Positions 10,225-19,344 of a stretch of 32,000 nt of DNA are shown piece by piece. Made by a program: the position numbers and the translations under genes. The notes beneath the pieces were generated by a model that had not been told where the DNA came from, searched no databases, and saw nothing but the letters and a program-made list of their open reading frames with translations. Location of the stretch: the NCBI GenBank assembly GCA_965247685.1, contig OZ252021.1, positions 810,001-842,000 of the forward strand, in the 5' to 3' direction. Positions within the stretch are counted from its first letter, which is position 1. Each line of letters opens with the position of its first letter. The DNA comes from Bdellovibrionales bacterium (lineage in GTDB: Bacteria > Bdellovibrionota > Bdellovibrionia > Bdellovibrionales > UBA1609).

Positions 10225-11667
10225 ATGATGTCTTTTATTTTTAGTATTCTTATGTTTTTGCTGTGGTCTGTTCCTCTGGAACAAAATTATTCGCCGGGAA
10301 ATTTTCTTTCTCAACTCAGTAGAGATAAAAAATTTAAACATAATAATCCAAAAAAGCTTTCATCTCAGAAAAATCAAAAGAATCAAAAAAAAAGAAAGCC
10401 TTTATTGCAGTATTTTAAAAAGGAGACTCCAGATGGAAAGTGCACCACCGAGCTTGTTGTTAAAGATGTCATTAGCTCAGCAACTTTAGATAGTATAAAA
10501 AAAGCTTTAAAAATCACTCAGAAAAAAGGCTGTTCGTCTTTGTTGCTGTTGGTGAATACTCCTGGAGGCCTGTTGCTTTCTACCCGCAAAATAGTGGAGT
10601 TGATTTTAGATTCTCCTGTGCCGGTGTTGTGTCTGGTGTATCCTTCAGGGGCTCATGCAGGAAGTGCGGGAGCTATTATTTTACAAGCTTGCCATGTGAA
10701 TGGTGCTGTACAGGCCACCAATATTGGTGCAGCCACCCCTATCTTAGGCACTGGAGGCAAGGCATCTGAAGATTTAAGGAAAAAAATGATTAACGATACT
10801 ACATCATGGCTCGATTCTTTAACGGGGCTTCGGAAAAGAAATGAACAATTTGGAAGAGACATTATTAAAGAAGCGAAATCTGTCAAAGGAAAAGAGGGGT
10901 ATCAAATTGGTGCTATTGATTTTTATGGCTCTAGTAAAGAGGGCTTTCTAAAATTTGCTCATGGTAAGAAGGTTTTACTTGCGAACAACATAACAAGCTT
11001 TGTGCAAATAGGAACTTTGGAGCCTATACCTTTAGGGGTACGTCATCATTTGGTGAGTTTTGTGACAGATCCTGAAATTGCCTATTTGATGTTCACAGGA
11101 AGTTTGCTACTTCTTTATTTTGAGTTGACTCATCCTGGGATGGTGGTTCCTGGAGTTATAGGTGTTTTAGGTCTCGTCTTATCTTTAACAGGAATGCATA
11201 AGCTCAACTTTGAGTGGGGTGGATTAATTTTGATACTGATTGGTATTATCTTTATGGTTTTAGAGGCATTTACGGCTGTGGGCTTTGGCTTCTTAGGATT
11301 AGGTGGCGCAGTCTCGTTTATCGTGGGCAGCTTTTTTCTGTTTGATCCTAATCAAACAGGGGGAGTCACCTTGCCTTATTCCACTATATTTTTTACTTCC
11401 TCGTTTTTTATTTTAATTTCTCTTGGAATTGCGTATTTAGCATTTACATCTTTACGTCAACGAAAAAATGATGAGGCGAGTTGGATAGGCTCAACAGCTA
11501 AAGTGGTGAAAGTGGATGCTGAAGGAGGCCTTTTAGAGATTCAAGGAGAATTATGGAAATTTCGCTCTCAAGATAAATTAAAAAAAGATGACAGCGTAAA
11601 AATTGTTGGTTACGATAGGATGGTTTTTGATGTAGAAAAATTCAACACGGGAGTAAAGAATGATTAA
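10225..11667 (+). CDS. NfeD-family membrane-bound ClpP-class serine protease
   Basis: N-terminal ClpP-like fold ([12 protein letters not shown]...HAGSAGAII), a block of TM helices and a C-terminal NfeD OB-fold ([24 protein letters not shown]). It overlaps the downstream SPFH gene by 8 nt, the classical NfeD-stomatin arrangement. Confidence 0.85.
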   Translation: MMSFIFSILMFLLWSVPLEQNYSPGNFLSQLSRDKKFKHNNPKKLSSQKNQKNQKKRKPLLQYFKKETPDGKCTTELVVKDVISSATLDSIKKALKITQKKGCSSLLLLVNTPGGLLLSTRKIVELILDSPVPVLCLVYPSGAHAGSAGAIILQACHVNGAVQATNIGAATPILGTGGKASEDLRKKMINDTTSWLDSLTGLRKRNEQFGRDIIKEAKSVKGKEGYQIGAIDFYGSSKEGFLKFAHGKKVLLANNITSFVQIGTLEPIPLGVRHHLVSFVTDPEIAYLMFTGSLLLLYFELTHPGMVVPGVIGVLGLVLSLTGMHKLNFEWGGLILILIGIIFMVLEAFTAVGFGFLGLGGAVSFIVGSFFLFDPNQTGGVTLPYSTIFFTSSFFILISLGIAYLAFTSLRQRKNDEASWIGSTAKVVKVDAEGGLLEIQGELWKFRSQDKLKKDDSVKIVGYDRMVFDVEKFNTGVKND

Positions 11668-12436
11668 AGCTTTGTTAATGTCCATTCCTTTTTACTATTA
11701 TGTGATCGCTTTTGGCTTGTTAGCTTTTTCAGTGATCAAAGTATTACCAGAATGGGAAAGGGGTGTTGTGCTTCGATTCGGTCGATTGATGAAGATTCGA
11801 GGCCCTGGTTTGATCTATTTGATTCCTGGAGTGGAAAGATTAATTCGAGTGGATACTCGAACTATTACAATGGATATTGCTCCTCAGGATGTGATCACCT
11901 TAGATAACATTACTTTGAAGGTGAACGCAGTCATATATTTTCGCGTGTTAGCACCTGAAAAAGCAGTGACACAAGTGGAAGATTTTTATTTCGCGACCAC
12001 TCAGCTTGCTCAGACTACTCTCAGATCGGTGTTAGGTCAGTATGAACTGGATGACTTGCTTTCAAATCGTGATCGCATTAATCATGCTTTGCAGGAAATT
12101 CTAGATAAAGCAACCGGAGGTTGGGGAATTAAGGTGTCTGTTGTCGAATTGAAGCACATTGATTTACCAAAAGAAATGCAAAGAGCTATGGCACGTCAGG
12201 CCGAAGCGGAGCGGGAAAGAAGGGCAAAAGTAATTAGTGCAGAAGGTGAAGTTCAAAGGGCGGAGAAATTAAGATCTGCAGCTGCCACTATTTCAGAAAG
12301 ACCTGAAGCTTTACAGCTTGCTTATTTGCAAACTTTGAGTGAGATCGCAGGAGAGGGAGCCACTAAAACGATTATTTTCCCTATGCCTTTGCAAATGATG
12401 AAGAGTTTTTTAGGCCCAGATTCTTCTCAAAACTAG
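11660..12436 (+). CDS. SPFH/band-7 stomatin-like protein
   Basis: N-terminal TM helix, [13 protein letters not shown], an SPFH core and the coiled coil [24 protein letters not shown] lies upstream of the ATG. Confidence 0.9.
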   Translation: MIKALLMSIPFYYYVIAFGLLAFSVIKVLPEWERGVVLRFGRLMKIRGPGLIYLIPGVERLIRVDTRTITMDIAPQDVITLDNITLKVNAVIYFRVLAPEKAVTQVEDFYFATTQLAQTTLRSVLGQYELDDLLSNRDRINHALQEILDKATGGWGIKVSVVELKHIDLPKEMQRAMARQAEAERERRAKVISAEGEVQRAEKLRSAAATISERPEALQLAYLQTLSEIAGEGATKTIIFPMPLQMMKSFLGPDSSQN

Positions 12437-12632
12437 TTTTTCTAAGAGCTATAAATCATAATTCTAGATCTTAATTCTAGACTTTTGTCATTTAATCTAA
12501 ATTATATTTGAGAGTATTGATGGCTTAAGAGTCCTCTTTTACTTTAAAATAAGAGAGTAAAAGACGAGTTCAGTTAATTATTTTTAAACTTTTGCCTCCA
12601 TTCTGCCGTTTCCCATCTATGGAGAATCGAAA

Positions 12633-13607
12633 ATGAAACAGATATTTCTTTTCTTATTATGTTTTGTTGTCAGCCTTGTTGTAGGCTGCAGTGCTATTCG
12701 TATTTGGAAGCCTAATGATCCTGTAAATACAGGCGGTGGAAATATCCTATCTCCTAATGGGGGCGGTATAGATTCAGGCAATGAGGTGGATGGTTACATT
12801 AACCTTGGAGAGTGTTTAGTAGCAAACTGTGGTGGTGGTAATGATGGTCCTGATGGTGGTGACGATAATTATGAAAATTTTAAACACTTAGATGACCGTT
12901 ATGAGGCTGATGGTGAGATTGATGATAATGATTTTAAAGATGATGCACTCACAGATTTTCGTTTAGGGTATGAACTAAACTATCCTGTTGGAGATGGTAA
13001 GGTCTATGTTGATCTTCAAAGAGATTCAGGTAAGAGCTATTATAACGGGACTGTGCTTGTTGCTTATGAAAAAAACCTAGGTGACAGAAAAAAAGAAATT
13101 GCGTCACATAAGTTTCATTCTGGATACGGGAGCGATGCCAAGTACAACGTGTGGGCTCGGTTTAAAGGAGCAAAAAGAGATCCTAGCTTTCATGGGTTTT
13201 TTGAAAACGGAAGCCAGGCCCTTATATTGATTGTGAACAAGCTAGACAACCCGCTTGAGAAAACCGATGGAAGAGTTTATGATCGCATTGAAGGTTCTGG
13301 TTCTCTGTGGTTTTATTCTTTTAAAGGGCATGATGAACGAGAGAATCACAGGGATTGCTATGAAGGGGGTCGCTATATCAATCAGAAAAATTGGCCAAAT
13401 GCTTCGAGTAAAAAATGCTGGTTCATTAGTGTAGGACCTTTTAATTGTCAAGCATGGGAGAGTAGATACAAAGTGAGAACTTTTGCTGCACTAGAACCTG
13501 ATTCCGATAGTTGTTATAAAAAATTAGCTGACTTTGAGCATCTCAACATTACAAAGGGTTTTAACCTAGAGGATGAAGAAGATGAGAAAATGTATATTGC
13601 TCAATGA
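12633..13607 (+). CDS. Lipoprotein, Gly/Asp-rich linker and Cys-rich domain, unknown function
   Basis: GGAGA RBS, signal peptide and lipobox LVVGC. The mature part has several Cys residues. No family recognised. Confidence 0.6.
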   Translation: MKQIFLFLLCFVVSLVVGCSAIRIWKPNDPVNTGGGNILSPNGGGIDSGNEVDGYINLGECLVANCGGGNDGPDGGDDNYENFKHLDDRYEADGEIDDNDFKDDALTDFRLGYELNYPVGDGKVYVDLQRDSGKSYYNGTVLVAYEKNLGDRKKEIASHKFHSGYGSDAKYNVWARFKGAKRDPSFHGFFENGSQALILIVNKLDNPLEKTDGRVYDRIEGSGSLWFYSFKGHDERENHRDCYEGGRYINQKNWPNASSKKCWFISVGPFNCQAWESRYKVRTFAALEPDSDSCYKKLADFEHLNITKGFNLEDEEDEKMYIAQ

Positions 13608-13630
13608 TGTTCAATGTTAATGGAGGGAAT

Positions 13631-14191
13631 ATGAAGAGCTTAATAGGAAGTGTATTGTTAGTTATCTCGATGGTGTTATTCACTGGTTGTTCTGGTGAGG
13701 ATGTTATCGGCGGAGGTAATATTGGTCCAATAGGAGGAGGCCCTCATATACCCGTTCCTATTTTTGAACCCGTAGGTTTTGCTAAATTAATTCGACCTAC
13801 TCAAAGGGTTCAGAGTCTTTCCTTTGATATTACAGACACTCAAGGTAAATCTCCTCTCTATCATGAGGGATCTGCGCGATTTGCTGGTCATATCACTTTT
13901 GGACAGCTTACAGATTTTTCATTTAACAATGCTTATGGCACTACTTCAGCCGGTAACAGGTGTCCTATTTCTGGCATTCCTATTACCTTTACTTGTCAGG
14001 CAAGAATTTCAGCTCGAAACTTTTCTCAATGTTCATTCAGTACAAATGGTGGGAATTATGTTATTAGCGGCTCTTTTTTTTCTGCTCGATCTTCAAAGGA
14101 TAAAAACTTTGATATCCTGTATATATGTGTCGAAGGACCTTGTGCTGGGCCCCCTTGTGGTTTTAGTCCAGGATTCCCAGGACACTTTTAA
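13631..14191 (+). CDS. Lipoprotein, Gly-rich linker and Cys-rich domain, unknown function
   Basis: The ORF opens at 13604, overlapping the upstream stop as ATGA. The ATG at 13631 has a GGAGGG RBS and starts the signal peptide plus lipobox LFTGC. Confidence 0.55.
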   Translation: MKSLIGSVLLVISMVLFTGCSGEDVIGGGNIGPIGGGPHIPVPIFEPVGFAKLIRPTQRVQSLSFDITDTQGKSPLYHEGSARFAGHITFGQLTDFSFNNAYGTTSAGNRCPISGIPITFTCQARISARNFSQCSFSTNGGNYVISGSFFSARSSKDKNFDILYICVEGPCAGPPCGFSPGFPGHF

Positions 14192-14200
14192 TAACCACTC

Positions 14201-15076
14201 ATGAAGAATACATCTGTTCAGATCTCCAAAAGATTAATTGAAGAATTTTTAAATTATTTAAGACTTGTAGAGAATAAATCTGAGCATACCTTAAGTTCTT
14301 ATGAAGGTGATTTGAATAAATTTTATAAGTATCAATCTCAAAAAACTCCTTTTCTATTTATAGAATATTTAAAAAAACAAAAACTCACGCCAAGGTCTCA
14401 AGCCCGAGCTATAAGTGCGATTCGTTCTTATTCTCGTTTTTTAGAGAATAGGGGTCATAAGGTTGATTTTAGAAGTCAGTTCAAAATGTCAGGTGTGAAA
14501 AATGCCCTGCCTTTATTTGTAAGTCATAGAGAGTTTAATAAGATATTGAAATCAGCGATAGTTCCTCAAAAGGAGGCTCACACTCAAAGAAATCATCTCG
14601 TGCTTTATTTATTTTTTGCTTTGGGCTGTCGAGTAAGCGAGCTTGTTTCTATTCAAATGGCAGACTTTATTGATACTGATGAGTCTATCATTATTAAAGG
14701 GAAGGGGAATAAACAAAGAATTCTCCCTGTCATTAATCCACTTCTAGATTTACTAAGAGAGTACCTTTGTCACGCCCGCCCTTTGTTGCTTCGCTCCTAT
14801 AAAACCCATTCACTCATTCTCAATGATAGAGGAAACATGCCCTCTAGAGTGGATATATGGCGTTGGATTCAAAAGTGGTCGCGTCAGGCGGGTTGTACGA
14901 AGTATCCTCATCAATTTCGCCATGGTTGTGCTACAGAGCTACTTGATAACGGTGCAGACTTGAGAAGTATTCAAGAGTTGCTTGGGCACTCTAGCATTGA
15001 AACGACAAAGATATATACAAAGGTGACTCGCAATAAGATCAGAGACACTATCAAAAAACATCATCCTTTATCTTAA
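14201..15076 (+). CDS. Tyrosine site-specific recombinase, XerC/XerD family
   Basis: N-terminal SAM-like domain. Catalytic-domain motifs GCRVSEL, HQFRHGCATELLDNGADLRSIQELLGHSSIETTKIYTKV (the H-x-x-R, H and Y positions). Confidence 0.85.
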   Translation: MKNTSVQISKRLIEEFLNYLRLVENKSEHTLSSYEGDLNKFYKYQSQKTPFLFIEYLKKQKLTPRSQARAISAIRSYSRFLENRGHKVDFRSQFKMSGVKNALPLFVSHREFNKILKSAIVPQKEAHTQRNHLVLYLFFALGCRVSELVSIQMADFIDTDESIIIKGKGNKQRILPVINPLLDLLREYLCHARPLLLRSYKTHSLILNDRGNMPSRVDIWRWIQKWSRQAGCTKYPHQFRHGCATELLDNGADLRSIQELLGHSSIETTKIYTKVTRNKIRDTIKKHHPLS

Positions 15077-15281
15077 GTTCAATTGAAAATTCGAAAGTAA
15101 TGAAGACAAATTCTGTACTTATTGAAAACTATTCAGACAAGTCCAGTGTTTCATATTGAAACACTTCCTTTTAACTTCATTTTTTAAAACTCTTTTTTAT
15201 CAGTAAAATAAGTAACTTACTTTAAAATGCCTCCTATTTGCTTTTATAAGGGTGTCAGCAGCTTTAAAAAAAGGAGACAAA

Positions 15282-16010
15282 ATGAACAATTGCCAAGAAT
15301 GCCACCAGGCTTTGCAACATAACATATTTAACAGTCAGAGTATGGCCTGTTCTCACTGTGGTCGGAAGAAGTCACGGCAGTCTGCGACTCGAGTGATACA
15401 AAGAGAAGTGATTCGAAATATGGTTATTGCTTCTATAGGATTTTTAGCAGTGTTTTATCATTTTTCAAATTGGGGTTCTCATTCTTTGAGCATCGTCTTT
15501 TTAAAGGCTACTCAAGTGCTGAGGGTGGGATCTTCAAAACAATACAGCAAGCTCCATAAGATATGTCAGAGCCTAAAGAGATACGATTGTATGGAAGGAG
15601 CATTGAAGGACCATTACAAAGCTTCTAAGGATACTAAGTCATTAAGAAGTCTTGCTCTCCTGCAAATGAGAAGAGGAAAAGATCAGGAAGCGGTTCAAAC
15701 TTATAAAGAGTATTTTGAGAAGTTTTCTGAAGAGAACTTTGATAAGCAGTCAGCTTTTAACTATGCCAAACTTCTTAATCATCTAGGAAAACCAGATATG
15801 GCTTTGGAGTACTACGGTAAAATTATTAATCAGGAAAAAGATGTGATTCCTGTCAATGCTGTCAGAAATAAAATACAAATTCTGGTTCAATTGAATCGTC
15901 AAAAGGAGGCTCAAAAGATCGTGCAAAGATATAAAGCTTTGGCAAAGGATGATCACTACATCACACAAGAAATGAATAATTTGGAAAAGCAAGTCTTGAA
16001 TAACAGCTAA
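15282..16010 (+). CDS. Zinc-ribbon / single-TM / TPR-like protein, unknown function
   Basis: GGAG RBS before the ATG at 15282 (the ORF opens at GTG 15252). CQECH...CSHCGRK zinc ribbon, a TM helix (MVIASIGFLAVFYHF) and a TPR-like C-terminus. Confidence 0.6.
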   Translation: MNNCQECHQALQHNIFNSQSMACSHCGRKKSRQSATRVIQREVIRNMVIASIGFLAVFYHFSNWGSHSLSIVFLKATQVLRVGSSKQYSKLHKICQSLKRYDCMEGALKDHYKASKDTKSLRSLALLQMRRGKDQEAVQTYKEYFEKFSEENFDKQSAFNYAKLLNHLGKPDMALEYYGKIINQEKDVIPVNAVRNKIQILVQLNRQKEAQKIVQRYKALAKDDHYITQEMNNLEKQVLNNS

Positions 16011-16213
16011 GGAATGGCAGGTTATTGCAAGGATGCGAGAGAAGGGTCTTTTCTCCTTTAGGCCCTTCTTCTTTATTAGAGATGATCACTACATCACACA
16101 AGAAATGAATAATTTGGAAAAGCAAGTCTTGAATAACAGCTAAGGAATGGCAGGTTATTGCAAGGATGCGAGAGAAGGGTCTTTTCTCCTTTAGGCCCTT
16201 CTTCTTTATTAGA
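15948..16213. repeat. Perfect tandem duplication, 2 x 133 bp
   Basis: 15948-16080 and 16081-16213 are identical when read base by base. The unit holds the last 63 nt of the preceding CDS, its stop codon and its terminator hairpin. Confidence 0.9.
16039..16078 (+). terminator. Rho-independent terminator candidate (copy 1; an identical copy lies at 16172-16211)
   Basis: The GAGAAGGGTC / GGCCCTTCT(T) stem has about 9-10 bp including G-U pairs and a 12-nt loop. It is followed by the T-rich tract TCTTTATT. Confidence 0.5.
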
Positions 16214-16263
16214 GTCCCTTCGATTGTCCTTTTATCTATATCCGTGATAACGTAGCAATCTAT

Positions 16264-16569
16264 ATGAATATTGAAGAACGAATGAAAGAAAAACTTGAGG
16301 CAGACTTGAATCCTCATATGCTAGAGCTCATTGATGAGAGCTCCATGCATGGAAGTGGAAGTTCTAAGTCGAGTCATTTTCGAGTATTGATTGTTTCAGA
16401 CGTCTTTGAAGGATTAAGTGGAGTGAAGAGACATCAGCGAGTCTATAGTACTCTAGGGAAAGATATTATGGATGAGATTCATGCTTTTTCACAGCAAACT
16501 TATACACTTAAGGAATGGGAGGAAATAGGAATCAAAACCTCCTCACCACCTTGTCACCGTAAGAAGTAG
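16264..16569 (+). CDS. BolA-family protein
   Basis: 101 aa. LIDESSMH...SHFRVLIVSDVFEGLSGVKRHQRVYSTL follows the BolA/IbaG pattern. Confidence 0.8.
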   Translation: MNIEERMKEKLEADLNPHMLELIDESSMHGSGSSKSSHFRVLIVSDVFEGLSGVKRHQRVYSTLGKDIMDEIHAFSQQTYTLKEWEEIGIKTSSPPCHRKK

Positions 16570-16702
16570 GGAGATATTTCCTACTAAGGTATAAATTTAA
16601 TCTTTTTTATGACTTCATGTGACTAAAATAGAAAAAATATTTTGCAATTTTATGATTTTCTATCCTACTATTGAGGTAACAATTCAAAAATCGGAGGTCA
16701 TC

Positions 16703-17212
16703 ATGGCTCAGAAGAAAAAGAAAGTGACTAAAAAAAGAAAGGTCACTAAAAGGAAAAAAGTAGTTAAGAAGAAGAAAGTAGCTAAGAAAAAAGTAGCGAA
16801 AAAAAGGAAAGTAATTAAGAAAAAGAAATCAACCACAAAGAAGAAAGTAGCGAAGAAAAGAAAGCCTGCTAAGAAGAAGGTAGCTAAGAAAAGAGTGGTT
16901 AAGAAGAAGGTAGTAGCTAAGAAAAAGGTAGCTAAGAAAAAAGTGGTTAAGAAGAAAAAAAGAAAACCCAATCCAGCTTTCCTTAGGGCTTTGACAGCTA
17001 CTAGCAAGTTGGCAAATGTAGTGGGTAAGAGTGAAATTACTCGGCAAGAAGCGATTAAAAACTTCTGGGCTTATGTAAGAAGTAAAGACTTGCAAGATAG
17101 CAAAGATAGAAGAAACATTAATGTGGACGCTCATCTGGCTCCGTTGTTCGGATCTAAAAAGCAAGTTAGTATGTTTGAAGTAGCTAAGGTTATTAGTAAG
17201 AACTTAAAATAG
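16703..17212 (+). CDS. SWIB/MDM2-domain protein with a histone-H1-like lysine-rich N-terminal tail
   Basis: GGAGG RBS before the ATG at 16703 (the ORF opens at 16619). About 90 aa of KKKVAKK-type repeats are followed by LANVVGKSEITRQEAIKNFWAYVRSKDLQD...INVDAHLAPLFG, which is SWIB-like. Confidence 0.8.
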   Translation: MAQKKKKVTKKRKVTKRKKVVKKKKVAKKKVAKKRKVIKKKKSTTKKKVAKKRKPAKKKVAKKRVVKKKVVAKKKVAKKKVVKKKKRKPNPAFLRALTATSKLANVVGKSEITRQEAIKNFWAYVRSKDLQDSKDRRNINVDAHLAPLFGSKKQVSMFEVAKVISKNLK

Positions 17213-17230
17213 TTCTATTGATTAAAATAT

Positions 17231-17279
17231 AAAGAAAGGATTCACTGTCTTCGCAGATGCGTGAGTCCTTCTTTCTTTA
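17231..17279 (+). terminator. Rho-independent terminator candidate after the SWIB gene
   Basis: Imperfect inverted repeat AAAGAAAGGATTCAC ... GTGAGTCCTTCTTTCTTT ending in a T-rich run. Confidence 0.45.
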
Positions 17280-17295
17280 GTGTAGGTATGGGATC

Positions 17296-18063
17296 GTGAC
17301 TCCTTTAACTCCAGAAGAATTAGCATTGATGAGAGAGTCCTGCCATTTGGCTGCTGAGACATTGGTTTATTTAGGGAATCAGGTTAAGAGCGGTCGGTCG
17401 ACTGAAGAACTTGATCGTCTAGCTTATGAGTATATTGTGGATCATGGAGCTCGTCCGGCTCCTTTAAATTACAAAGGTTTTCCTAAGTCGATTTGTACAT
17501 CTGTGAATGATTGTATTTGCCATGGGGTTCCGAATGCTCAAAAGATTTTAAGAGACGGGGATATTATCAACATTGATGTGACTTGTGAGAAAAATGGTTT
17601 TTACGGTGATACCTCTCGCACTTTTATCATTGGTGATGTGAGTTCTACTGTGAAGCAACTTGTGGACTGTGCGTATGAGTGTATGATGAAAGGCATTGAA
17701 GCTATAAAGCCTTCGGGACATGTGGGGGATATTGGTTTTGCGATACAAAAACATGCAACTCGAAAAGGTTTTCACCCTGTGAAAAATATTGGAGGTCATG
17801 GAATAGGCAAGGTCTTTCATGAAGATCCTTTTGTTCCTTCCTACGGGAAGAAAGGAAAAGGGGATGTCCTAAAATCAGGGGCTTGTATTACAGTAGAGCC
17901 CATGTTGAACGAGACTCCTATGGATATTTTAGAGTTTGATATTCCAGACTCTGAGATTAAGTATTACTACACTTCGGATAAGAGTCTTTCTGCTCAATTT
18001 GAGCATACGATTTTAATCAGTGAAGAGTTAGGTTATGAGATATTAACTTTGCCTCGGAATTAG
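17296..18063 (+). CDS. map: Methionine aminopeptidase, type I
   Basis: It can be laid alongside E. coli MAP from the N-terminus (PEELALMRESCHLAAETL). Metal-ligand context DIINIDVT, GDTSRTF, GHGIG, ITVEP and FEHTI. GTG start. Confidence 0.95.
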   Translation: MTPLTPEELALMRESCHLAAETLVYLGNQVKSGRSTEELDRLAYEYIVDHGARPAPLNYKGFPKSICTSVNDCICHGVPNAQKILRDGDIINIDVTCEKNGFYGDTSRTFIIGDVSSTVKQLVDCAYECMMKGIEAIKPSGHVGDIGFAIQKHATRKGFHPVKNIGGHGIGKVFHEDPFVPSYGKKGKGDVLKSGACITVEPMLNETPMDILEFDIPDSEIKYYYTSDKSLSAQFEHTILISEELGYEILTLPRN

Positions 18064-18078
18064 GCTATAAGAAAGGTT

Positions 18079-18633
18079 GTGAGCAGCGTGAATCATATTT
18101 TATGGATGGACTTAGAGATGACAGGTTTAGATCCTGAGACAAATGTGATCATAGAGGCTGGAGCTATTGTGACGGACGTCTCTTTTGAGCTGAAAGAACT
18201 GGATCATCATCACTGTGTGATTCGCCAGCACAAAGAGCACTTAGATAAGATGGATAAGTGGAATACGAATGTGCATAGGGCTTCTGGGCTTTCTGATCTT
18301 ATCCCTACGGGTAAGACCATTCAGGAGGCAGAGGAGGCTTTGGTAGCTTTTGTGGAAAAGCATTTTAAAGGTGAGCCGGCTATTATTGCGGGCAACTCTA
18401 TTTCTCAGGATCGTTCTTTCATCAAAAAATATTTTCATACTTTGGAGTCTAAGTTGCATTATCGTATGTTGGATGTGACGGCATGGAAGTTAATTTTGGA
18501 GCAAGAGGGTGTTGTCTTTGACAAGAAGAATATTCATAGGGCGTTGAGTGATATTCAGGAGAGTGTGCAAGAAATGCGGTATTATCTTCAATACTTGGAT
18601 AAGAATAAGTTGAAGGGTTTAAAACAGAATTAA
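18079..18633 (+). CDS. orn: Oligoribonuclease
   Basis: LWMDLEMTGLDPE, GNSISQDRSFI and the H-x4-D motif (HRALSDIQES). 184 aa. GTG start after GAAAGG. Confidence 0.93.
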   Translation: MSSVNHILWMDLEMTGLDPETNVIIEAGAIVTDVSFELKELDHHHCVIRQHKEHLDKMDKWNTNVHRASGLSDLIPTGKTIQEAEEALVAFVEKHFKGEPAIIAGNSISQDRSFIKKYFHTLESKLHYRMLDVTAWKLILEQEGVVFDKKNIHRALSDIQESVQEMRYYLQYLDKNKLKGLKQN

Positions 18634-18701
18634 AAATTGATGGAATGCTTATGTGTTCTGTTTGATTCTTTTATTTATTTGGTTTAGATTATGTTCAGTT
18701 T

Positions 18702-18778
18702 GGGGTGGTAGTTTAGTTGGTTAGAATGCTGGCCTGTCACGCCGGAGGTCGCGGGTTCGAGTCCCGTCCACCCCGCCA
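18702..18778 (+). tRNA. tRNA-Asp (anticodon GTC), CCA encoded
   Basis: It folds as a cloverleaf by hand: acceptor GGGGTGG/CCACCCC, anticodon loop CCTGTCAC, T-arm GCGGGTTCGAGTCCCGT. It is very close to E. coli tRNA-Asp. Confidence 0.95.
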
Positions 18779-18786
18779 TTTTGTTC

Positions 18787-18810
18787 ACCTTTGTAAACAC
18801 AAAGGTTTTT
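18787..18810 (+). terminator. Rho-independent terminator after tRNA-Asp
   Basis: Perfect 8-bp stem ACCTTTGT/ACAAAGGT, loop AAAC, then TTTT. Confidence 0.6.
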
Positions 18811-18977
18811 CTGGAAAATACTTTTTATTCAAAAATCAAAATTAGAATTACAGGACTAAAGTGATTATTTCGACAACAAAGATGTAAAATTAAATTGCGT
18901 AAGGTTTTACATTAAAAAAAAGATTTTATATCTCAGGATGATTAAAGCTTCAGAGTTAATGTACTGACAGAGTTGTT

Positions 18978-19262
18978 ATGAGATATTTAATTATGCTTTT
19001 ACTTCTTGCTAACACGTTAGGATGTGTTTCTTTAAATGATGTTTATAGTGAGGATAGCAGTAGAAGAGAGATAAGAACGTTTTGTGATGCTGTTCATAAA
19101 GACTATGGAATAGCTAAATCAAAAATTTCAATAGGTGATTGCATTGTGAAAGCTAGCCTTGTTGAGAGAGAAAATAAATATGAAACAATTTTGTGGTATT
19201 TAACAGGCAGTCAAATTGCTATTTATATGGGAGTTTTAATTGGTGTAATATCGACACAATAG
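18978..19262 (+). CDS. Small lipoprotein with a C-terminal hydrophobic helix, unknown function
   Basis: 94 aa. Signal peptide and lipobox NTLGC. C-terminal helix IAIYMGVLIGVI. Confidence 0.45.
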   Translation: MRYLIMLLLLANTLGCVSLNDVYSEDSSRREIRTFCDAVHKDYGIAKSKISIGDCIVKASLVERENKYETILWYLTGSQIAIYMGVLIGVISTQ

Positions 19263-19344
19263 GCTAAAGAGCTTTTGAAAAATTATGAATTTTTTGAATC
19301 TCAGCTAGATACCCTGATTAGGGTTCATAAAGATAAATACTTTC

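Noticed and set aside
13824-14204. 126-aa plus-strand ORF in an alternative frame inside the second lipoprotein gene
   Set aside because: It is fully nested out of frame in an ORF that has an RBS, signal peptide and lipobox. It has no start context of its own.
14201-15076. The tyrosine recombinase as the integrase of the tRNA-Asp island
   Set aside because: It lies 3.6 kb upstream of the tRNA on the core side, separated by five housekeeping genes. It also has the full XerC/D-type architecture, so a chromosome-dimer resolvase is more likely.
15961-16317. 118-aa minus-strand ORF spanning the tandem duplication and the bolA start
   Set aside because: It overlaps two better-supported plus-strand genes and the duplicated terminator, and its internal repeat simply reflects the 133-bp duplication. 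It has no RBS or motif.
16708-17164. Two minus-strand ORFs (99 and 111 aa) opposite the SWIB gene
   Set aside because: They are reverse complements of the AAG/AAA lysine repeat, giving poly-F/L low complexity. The sense strand has an RBS and a recognisable SWIB domain.
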